This document shows, in pieces, positions 54,236 through 64,000 of a stretch of 64,000 nucleotides of DNA. This DNA comes from Eledone cirrhosa (Eukaryota): contig OZ024760.1 in assembly GCA_964016885.1 (NCBI GenBank), positions 31,744,001 through 31,808,000 on the forward strand. The letters are read 5' to 3'. Below the pieces are notes generated by a model. That model had not been told where the DNA came from, searched no databases, and saw only the letters and a list, made by a program, of their open reading frames with translations. Made by a program: the position numbers and the translations under genes. Each line of letters begins with the position of its first letter. The first letter of the stretch is position 1.

Positions 54236-57200
54236 CATGGTACCTGCATACAGCTATGTGGACTGAGGCTACAGCAGTGGCCTATTCCATTCCTGTGGTA
54301 CCTACATACATCTATGTGGACTGAGGCTACAGCAGTGACCTATTCCATTCCTGTGGTACCTACATACAGCTATGTGGACTGAGGCTACAGCAGTGACCTA
54401 TTCTATTCCTGTGGTACCTACATACATCTATGTTGACTGAGGCTACAGCAGTGACCTATTCTATTCCTGTGGTACCTACATACATCTATGTTGACTGAGG
54501 CTACAGCAGTGACCTATTCTATTCCTGTGGTACCTACATACATCTATGTTGACTGAGGCTACAGCAGTGACCTATTCTATTCCTGTGGTACCTACATACA
54601 GCTATGTGGACTGAGGCTACAGCAGTGACCTATTCTATTCCTGTGGTACCTACATACAGCTATGTGGACTGAGGCTACAGCAGTGACCTATTCTATTCCT
54701 GTGGTACCTACATACATCTATGTTGACTGAGGCTACAGCAGTGACCTATTCTATTCCTGTGGTACCTACATACATCTATGTTGACTGAGGCTACAGCAGT
54801 GACCTATTCCATTCCTGTGGTACCTACATACATCTATGTGGACTGAGACTACAGCAGTGACCTATTCCATTCCTGTGGTACCTACATACAGCTATGTGGA
54901 CTGAGGCTACAGCAGTGACCTATTCTATTCCTGTGGTACCTACATACAGCTATGTTGACTGAGGCTACAGCAGTGACCTATTCTATTCCTGTGGTACCTA
55001 CATACATCTATGTTGACTGAGGCTACAGCAGTGACCTATTCTATTCCTGTGGTACCTACATACAGCTATGTTGACTGAGGCTACAGCAGTGACCTATTCT
55101 ATTCCTGTGGTACCTACATACAGCTATGTTGACTGAGGCTACAGCAGTGACCTATTCTATTCCTGTGGTACCTACATACATCTATGTGGACTGAGACTAC
55201 AGCAGTGGCCTATTCCATTCCTGTGGTACCTACATACAGCTATGTGCACTGAGGCTACAGCAGTGACCTATTCTATTCCTGTGGTACCTACATACATCTA
55301 TGTTGACTGAGGCTACAGCAGTGACCTATTCCATTCCTGTGGTACCTACATACATCTATGTGGACTGAGGCTACAGCAGTGACCTATTCTATTCCTGTGG
55401 TACCTACATACAGCTATGTTGACTGAGGCTACAGCAGTGACCTATTCTATTTCTGTGGTACCTACATACAGCTATGTTGACTGAGGCTACAGCAGTGACC
55501 TATTCTATTCCTGTGGTACCTACATACAGCTATGTGCACTGAGGCTACAGCAGTGACCTATTCTATTCCTGTGGTACCTACATACATCTATGTGGACTGA
55601 GGCTACAGCAGCGACCTATTCTATTCCTGTGGTACCTACATACAGCTATGTTGACTGAGGCTACAGCAGTGACCTATTCTATTCCTGTGGTACCTACATA
55701 CAGCTATGTTGACTGAGGCTACAGCAGTGACCTATTCTATTCCTGTGGTACCTACATACAGCTATGTTGACTGAGGCTACAGCAGTGACCTATTCTATTC
55801 CTGTGGTACCTACATACATCTATGTGGACTGAGACTACAGCAGTGGCCTATTCCATTCCTGTGGTACCTACATACAGCTATACGGACTGAGGCTACAGCA
55901 GTGACCTATTCCATTCCTGTGGTACCTACATACAGCTATGTGGACTGAGGCTACAGCAGTGGCCTATTCCATTCCTGTGGTACCTACATACAGCTATGTG
56001 GACTGAGACTACAGCAGTGGCCTATTCCATTCCTGTGGTACCTACATACATCTATGTTGACTGAGGCTACAGCAGTGACCTATTCTATTCCTGTGGTACC
56101 TACATACAGCTATGTTGACTGAGGCTACAGCAGTGACCTATTCTATTCCTGTGGTACCTACATACAGCTATGTGGACTGAGGCTACAGCAGTGACCTATT
56201 CCATTCCTGTGGTACCTACATACAGCTATGTGGACTGAGGCTACAGCAGTGACCTATTCCATTCCTGTGGTACCTACATACATCTATGTTGACTGAGGCT
56301 ACAGCAGTGGCCTATTCCATTCCTGTGGTACCTACATACATCTATGTGGTCTGAGACTACAGCAGTGACCTATTCCATTCCTGTGGTACCTACATACAGC
56401 TATGTGGTCTGAGACTACAGCAGTGACCTATTCCATTCCTGTGGTACCTACATACATCTATGTGGTCTGAGACTACAGCAGTGGCCTATTCCATTCTTGT
56501 GGTACCTACATACAGCTATGTTGACTGAGACTACAGCAGTGACCTATTCCATTCCTGTGGTACCTACATACAGCTATGTGGACTGAGACTACAGCAGTGA
56601 CCTATTCCATTCCTGTGGTACCTACATACAGCTATGTGGTCTGAGACTACAGCAGTGACCTATTCCATTCCTGTGGTACCTACATACATCTATGTGGTCT
56701 GAGACTACAGCAGTGACCTATTCCATTCCTGTGGTACCTACATACATCTATGTGGTCTGAGACTACAGCAGTGACCTATTCCATTCCTGTGGTACCTACA
56801 TACAGCTATGTTGACTGAGGCTACAGCAGTGACCTATTCCATTCCTGTGGTACCTACATACATCTATGTGGTCTGAGACTACAGCAGTGACCTATTCCAT
56901 TCCTGTGGTACCTATATACAGCTATGTGGACTGAGGCTACAGCAGTGGCCTATTCCATTCCTGTGGTACCTACATACAGCTATGTGGACTGAGGCTACAG
57001 CAGTGGCCTATTCCATTCCTGTGGTACCTACATACAGCTATGTGGACTGAGGCTACAGCAGTGACCTATTCCATTCCTGTGGTACCTACATACAGCTATG
57101 TGGACTGAGGCTACAGCAGTGGCCTATTCCATTCCTGTGGTACCTACATACAGCTATGTGGTCTGAGACTACAGCAGTGACCTATTCCATTCCTGTGGTA

Positions 57201-58793
57201 CCTATATACAGCTATGTGGTCTGAGGCTACAGCAGTGGCCTATTCTATTCCTGTGGTACCTACATACATCTATGTGGTCTGAGACTACAGCAGTGGCCTA
57301 TTCCATTCCTGTGGTACCTACATACATCTATGTGGTCTGAGACTACAGCAGTGACCTATTCCATTCCTGTGGTACCTACATACATCTATGTGGTCTGAGA
57401 CTACAGCAGTGGCCTATTCTATTCCTGTGGTACCTACATACAGCTATGTGGTCTGAGACTACAGCAGTGACCTATTCCATTCCTGTGGTACCTACATACA
57501 TCTATGTGGTCTGAGACTACAGCAGTGACCTATTCTATTCCTGTGGTACCTACATACATCTTTGTGGTCTGAGACTACAGCAGTGGCCTATTCCATTCCT
57601 GTGGTACCGACATACATCTATGTGGTCTGAGACTACAGCAGTGACCTATTCTATTCCTGTGGTACCTACATACATCTATGTGGTCTGAGACTACAGCAGT
57701 GACCTATTCCATTCCTGTGGTACCTACATACATCTATGTGGTCTGAGACTACAGCAGTGGCCTATTCCATTCCTGTGGTACCTACATACATCTTTGTGGT
57801 CTGAGACTACAGCAGTGACCTATTCCATTCCTGTGGTACCTACATACAGCTATGTGGACTGAGACTACAGCAGTGACCTATTCCATTCCTGTGGTACCTA
57901 CATACAGCTATGTGGACTGAGACTACAGCAGTGACCTATTCCATTCCTGTGGTACCTACATACAGCTATGTGGACTGAGACTACAGCAGTGACCTATTCC
58001 ATTCCTGTGGTACCTACATACAGCTATGTTGACTGAGACTACAGCAGTGACCTATTCCATTCCTGTGTTACCTACATACAGCTATGTGGACTGAGACTAC
58101 AGCAGTGACCTATTCCATTCCTGTGGTACCTACATACAGCTATGTTGACTGAGACTACAGCAGTGACCTATTCCATTCCTGTGGTACCTACATACAGCTA
58201 TGTGGTCTGAGACTACAGCAGTGACCTATTCCATTCCTGTGTTACCTACATACATCTATGTGGTCTGAGACTACAGCAGTGACCTATTCCATTCCTGTGG
58301 TACCTACATACAGCTATGTTGACTGAGACTACAGCAGTGGCCTATTCCATTCCTGTGGTACCTACATACATCTATGTTGACTGAGACTACAGCAGTGACC
58401 TATTCCATTCCTGTGGTACCTACATACATCTATGTGGTCTGAGACTACAGCAGTGACCTATTCCATTCCTGTGGTACCTACATACAGCTATGTGGACTGA
58501 GGCTACAGCAGTGACCTATTCCATTCCTGTGGTACCTACATACAGCTATGTGGTCTGAGACTACAGCAGTGACCTATTCCATTCCTGTGGTACCTACATA
58601 CATCTATGTGGTCTGAGACTACAGCAGTGACCTATTCCATTCCTGTGGTACCTACATACAGCTATGTTGACTGAGACTACAGCAGTGACCTATTCCATTC
58701 CTGTGGTACCTACATACAGCTATGTTGACTGAGACTACAGCAGTGGCCTATTCCATTCCTGTGGTACCTACATACAGCTATGTTGACTGAGAC
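54236..58793. repeat. 58-bp minisatellite, about 78 copies
   Basis: GGTACCTACATACAGCTATGTGGACTGAGGCTACAGCAGTGACCTATTCCATTCCTGT; length-invariant, with six recurring two-state positions. Confidence 0.97.
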
Positions 58794-59213
58794 ATTTAAG
58801 AGTTAAGTATGTTGACCAAACGCCAGTGTAGTATTGACAGAATTTGAACCCCTCCCTCCATGAAACCCTCGACCAGTTGCCGACACTTCTGTGGTTTTTA
58901 TGTTGCAGCTATTGCTACTTTTCTTGTTGTTGTCATTGCTGTTGTTACTGTTATTGCTGTAGTTGTTGTTGATGATGTTACTGTTGCTGCAGCTATTGTT
59001 GTTGTAACTGTTGTTGTTGTTACTGTTGTTACTGTTATTGCTGTTGTTGTTATTGCTGTTGTTATTGAGGATGTTACTGTTGTATTTGCTGTTGTTGTTG
59101 TTGTTTTAAGACATGCTCCAATAACAATCCCCCACCACTGATGTGCTAACTTGCAACTCCAAGATTCTGAAGAGAAGCTAGTTCAACGGGAGAGGATCAC
59201 AGGTGAAACTTAC

Positions 59214-60984
59214 CTACTAAAGCCTCCACGTCCACCTTACCGCTATGTGGTAGCTTCTTCTTGGCAGAACTGTGTTTTGACTTAGATGATTCACTTCCAG
59301 ATGACTTTACCGAGCTCTGTTGATGAAATAACGACGGCGATAGCTGGGGTGTGCTTGGTTTACTCCCAGATCCTGTTTTTAGTTCTCTCTTGGACAGATC
59401 TGATAGTTTTGGAGAGCTGTAACTACCAAAACATTCTGTTTCCATGTCTGTTTCCGAAGGTTCATCAGGTGGAATTGTTTTCTCGGATTTTTTGTGTTTC
59501 TTCTTAATGCTGTCCTTTTTCGTATGGATCATCCCTTTAACCCGCCCCCAAGCAGTTTTATGCATCTTCCTTTCCCGACAACCCGGCTCTTCTCCTTTGC
59601 CCGGTATTTTGTAGCTCGCCGACCGGTGAAGACGAGGAGAACTACTGTCTCCATCAACAGTTTTGTCACTCTCTTCCCCTCCTTCAGCGACTAATGACGG
59701 GCTTGATTGCCGCCGCACCAACACTTTGACATTCAGGTACTGCACCTGACTATCAGCTGCCTTGCTGATACCGGTGTGCTTTGACTTTTCACCCCACCGC
59801 CACCACTCACCCCCGGTGTCCAATGCATCGGTCGGTGCATCTTTAGTCAATGCTGAAGGACTGGGAGGACCTCCGGACGAAGTTGACGTCCTCACCCCCT
59901 CTCTGCCGTCTCCGTCGACGCCACTACTAACCCCACTGTCCATAGAACGGGTTTCGGTCAGGCCAACTATCGGAACAGTCAGTTCCTGAGTACTAGTCTC
60001 AGGTTGCTGTGGCAATTGACCACTACCCTTCCCCAGATCTTTTAAAGGTTTCCTTGTCATGTCAGAATTGTCGGTTGTCGTCTTTTGTCCAGTTAGGATT
60101 TTCTTAACACGAGCCCATTTCGAGAACTTACATGATTTTTTCTTAGAGCCGGGCGACTTTGATCCGGATTTTGAATCTTTTTCGTTATAGTCACTTACTA
60201 TAACTCGCATCATCTCTTCGGAATTATCTTGTTCAATTATATCGGACGGTATTTCTAAAGACCCAGTTGAGAAACTTCGCTTATACAGTTTAGCTGTTTT
60301 GGGTCGCTTAGGTGTCTGATCAGAGGCTGTTTCTATGATTTCTATGTGTTGATAACTATCTCCACTTGATAGTCGGTGCCGAGGCGAGTCTGAGGCTGCA
60401 GCTGGGAATACTGCCTCCATTGAGTCTGTTAATGCCTTCTGTTGCTTCTGCTTAGATTTACTAGGGAGGGACATATATCCCAGAGGTGTTTCATCTTCGG
60501 ACATATCGCTTTTCCCTTGGAGAAGGTACTTCGTGCTTTCTAGGTACGCGCATTTTTTCTTGAGTCTGTTGTTTTCATCTCGCAAAGAAGTAAGTTGTTC
60601 CATTAACCGAACCAAGTTATCTAGATGATCAAGGCCAACACTCTGCCTCATCATGCTAGGACTCGGAGATCGGTGTTTCTTCACTTTTATTGGTATTGGC
60701 AGGGTTCGAAAGTGTTCTTGGAAAGATTTCTCCTGTTCCTCAAAGAATTCCATAATGTGGGCACTGTTCCGTTTTGGTGAGGTCTGATCGGATGATGTGC
60801 TGTTTCTTTGTGCCTCCACTTGGTCAACTCTTGAGGGTCGTTGTTGTGGACCAGTTGTTGTTGACGATGTTGTCGCTGTCATTGTGGCTGATGTTGTTGT
60901 TCTTTCGGTGTTTCGTCTCACTATTGTCGGTGTCGACGACGCTACACTTGTCGTCGTCGATGTGCTTGCTACTACTGCTACTGC

Positions 60985-61019
<35 letters not shown>

Positions 61020-61311
61020 CTGCTGCTGTTGTCGCAGCTTCCAGTGACACAGGATGTCCTACCCCTGCAGCCGTCGGTGCCACAATGTTCCTCCCCATTG
61101 TGTCACCAGCAACTGGCATATCCTTCTCTGTTTCCTCACCGCCATCCACTGACGTGGTGACAATACAGGGCAGAGGTTGCTGGTGTTTAAATGGTTGAGC
61201 CATGGTCACTTCTGGCTGTACAAGGGGGACGGTTGCAGGTTGAAGAGGTTGTTTGGTGCTTGAGATGTCTTCTTTAGATCCATCTTTTTTGGGATCTGGT
61301 GCTGATGCCAT
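59214..61311 (-). CDS. Host gene first coding exon seen (about 699 aa; disordered regions plus coiled coil GLDHLDNLVRLMEQLTSLRDENNRLKKKCAYLE); uncharacterised protein
   Basis: ORF 59197-61311 with complex, non-repeat sequence. Acceptor ttttccttgtgttttctag at 61345-61346, ATG at 61311, donor GTAG|gtaagt at 59212-59213 (phase 1). Confidence 0.9.
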
Positions 61312-62034
61312 GCTGGTTACACCATTTCCAAGCTGAGTATCAGTCTAGAAAACACAAGGAAAACAAAATGTCAGTTAGAAAAAAGTTTAAATTTAGTTTA
61401 ATATTGGAAAGATTATCAATTACTTAATAAAAAAAGATGAAAATTATTGGCTGAGATGTTTAATGGTTGACTGTGAAGGAGTGGTACTTTCTTTGTTGAC
61501 CTTTGAAAGATGGAAGGAAAAGTGGACCTCGGTGGAGGTGGGGACTTTTTCGAGAGTGAGAGAGAGGGAGAGAGAGAGTGTGTGTGAGAGAGAGAGGGAA
61601 AGAGACAGAGAAGGTGAGAGAGTGTATATGAGAAAGAGAGAGAAATGGAGGTGAGAAAGAGAGAGAGGGAAAGAGATGGAGAAGGTGAAAGTGAGAGAGT
61701 GTATATGAGAAAGAGAGAGAGGGAAAGAGACGGAGAAGGTGAGAGTGTATGTGAGAAGGGGAGGATGAGAAACGGCGTTGAGGGAGAGAGAGGACAGACA
61801 GACAGAGAGTCGACTCTAATATTGGACTGGTACTTTATTTATCGATCCCTGAAAGGAAGAACGGCAAAGTTGAGCTCCATGGGGGTGGTTGGAATGGATT
61901 AAACTGAAATAAGCAAGTATGTTTATTCTGACATTCTGCCGACTCTTGTCAATTCACTGTCATTCCCCTCTTAACACCAAAATATAACCAACAATCCTCA
62001 AGTAACTCGTAAAATAACATAACATATAATAATA

Positions 62035-62380
62035 ATTGTTTCTACTTTTGGCACAAGGCCAGCAATTATTTCAGGGTATTACTGGTACTTTATTTTATCG
62101 ACCCCGTAAGGATGAAAGGCAAATTTAACCTCAACTTTATTTGAACTCAGTCCGTAAAGGGACGTAACTGTGCTGCAAAAGCATGGCGTCCGACCCTCTA
62201 CCTATATGAAAATTATTGTGTACAATGATCAGGTACACTTCAACTCATCAAAGGTGCATGTTTAGTACATAGAATAATTGTTTCTACTTTCGACACAAGG
62301 CCAGCAATTATTCCAGTATATTACTGGTACTTTATTTTATCGACCCCGTAAGGATGAAAGGCAAAGTTAACCTCGGCGGG
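62035..62380 (-). mobile_element. Family A SINE copies (62035-62205 and partial 62275-62380)
   Basis: Match to the 39955-40140 copy. Confidence 0.8.
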
Positions 62381-63394
62381 ACATAGAATAATGTACAAAT
62401 GTCAGAAAGGGAACAGTGTAGGTGCCATCATATACACACAGACAACTACATGAGTGGGAATATTAGGTGTAGTGTTGGGGAATTTCAGGAAGCTTGGAAA
62501 TTTTAAAGGATGTAGTGTCCCGACAACTAACAACATATACAGATAATTTGTTCCGTGCTTCAGCAATTCTGAATGTGAAACAATGTTTCCGAAAGTCACG
62601 GGAGCTGTCACAATAAATACGTTATAACAGAAGGCAACTGAGAGGCTACAATATAGAGATTTTAATGGGATTATAACACGACAAGGACAACGAGTGCGGG
62701 ACAGAAGTTTTAAGTTTAAAATGTAGCGGTATATAACCAAGGAAAGATAACTCTCACATGAGCCAAGGGAGGTAAATCAATATTACAACCCCTAAATATT
62801 TATATTTAGAAATTTTAGCGAGTTTAGTTGAGCATATATGTACAAACACACACACACACACATATATATATATACACAGTCGGACATTCACACACAAGGT
62901 CAATGATACACACGTACACATGTATGCAAGGCTGGACATACACATACATACACGGTAGGACAACAAACACTAATCGCACTAAAACTGAACCATAGTCTTA
63001 AAAAAAACAGGGCACATTATATAGTGTAGTCCCTGACATACAACACCACCAGGAGCTAAACAACAGCCTTAAAATGTATACAAAAAATACCACCACCACC
63101 ATCGCCATCATCCAGTTGTATGTTTATTCTATATACAGCTGAGTCACACATCTAAATGTAGTAAACAGTAATGGATCTGTCCTCTCTCTCTCTCCCCCTC
63201 TCTCTCTCTCTCTTTCTATTTCATCCCCCCCCCTCTTAACTCTAACTCTATGTAGTCCTGGTTGATATTGCTAGTAATAACAGCTAAATCATCCTCTCTA
63301 ATCATGTCTCTAGTTGTTTCCCTATCTACTCCTTCTCCCTCCTATCTCTCTCTTCAAAGTTTGAAATAATACTGAAACTCATACAACATGATAC

Positions 63395-64000
63395 CACTCA
63401 CCACCACCACCACCACCACCACTCATCCCTACCACCCGTCACCACCACCACCACCACCACCACTCATCCCTACCACCCATCACCACCACCACCACCACCA
63501 CCACTACCACCCATCACCACCACCACCACTCATCCCTACCACCCATCACCACCACCACCATCATCACCACCACCACAACCATTCACCATCACCACCACCA
63601 CCATTCACCACCACCACAACCATTCACCACCACCACCATCACCACTACCATTCACCACCACCACAACCATTCACCACCACCACCATCACCACTACCATCA
63701 TCAAAATCATCACCACTCATCACCATTAATATCTCCACCACCACCACCCACCACCACCCACCACCACCACAGTTATACATAGGCCTGCCTGATCAGGGCT
63801 GACCTAGGGTTAAATAATGGTTTCTGATTTAGGCACAAGGCCAGCAATTTTGGGGGAGGGGAAAGTCAATTAAATCGACTCCAGTGCATTACTGGTACTT
63901 TATTTTGGGTTAAATAACAACAACAGTACAGTAACACCACCACCACCAATAACAACAACAGCATGACCTCCATCATCACCACCACCACCACCACCACCAC
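63395..64000. repeat. Degenerate (ACC)n tract interrupted by a partial family A SINE 3' end (63815-63905)
   Basis: Direct reading. Confidence 0.85.

Noticed and set aside
54236-58793. CRISPR-like appearance of regular repeats (also 32097-32655 and 34400-35815)
   Set aside because: No unique spacers and no cas genes; the context is eukaryotic introns. These are minisatellites.
59214-61311. Assigning a gene symbol to the host gene
   Set aside because: I see only coiled coils and short motifs, with no domain I can recognise confidently; a BLASTP/InterPro search is needed.
63388-63729. His/Pro/Thr-rich ORF (similar ones at 48387-48908 and 58860-59141)
   Set aside because: Degenerate (ACC)n or (GTT)n tracts with no splice-phase or complexity support.

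Overview
Repeat-rich animal genomic DNA, probably an octopod cephalopod (inferred from the SINE families and microsatellite load; not verified). One protein-coding gene lies on the minus strand. I traced six exons with canonical GT-AG ends and matching phases (61311-59214, 49078-48998, 34394-34305, 33746-32630, 25816-25683, 22305-22145). They encode a large, mostly disordered and coiled-coil protein with a repeated F-x-x-K-h-x-[EQ]-W-E-x-x-K motif, which I cannot name. The last exon ends at a donor with no stop, so the 22-kb 18-20-bp satellite (1-22105, with 2-3 kb higher-order structure) appears to lie inside an intron. The other introns contain an R4/Dong-type LINE, RTE LINE fragments, two Penelope-like elements, tRNA-derived SINEs, piggyBac-like MITEs and many minisatellites. 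The main unexplained signals are: (i) seven minimal type-I hammerhead ribozyme motifs plus degenerate cores; (ii) an apparently non-coding 2.6-kb element with perfect 161-bp hammerhead-bearing inverted ends, plus a body-less fold-back relative; (iii) tandem repeats that amplify real splice signals of the host gene; (iv) a 230-bp direct repeat bracketing a non-LTR element. Most ORFs in the supplied track are repeat artefacts.
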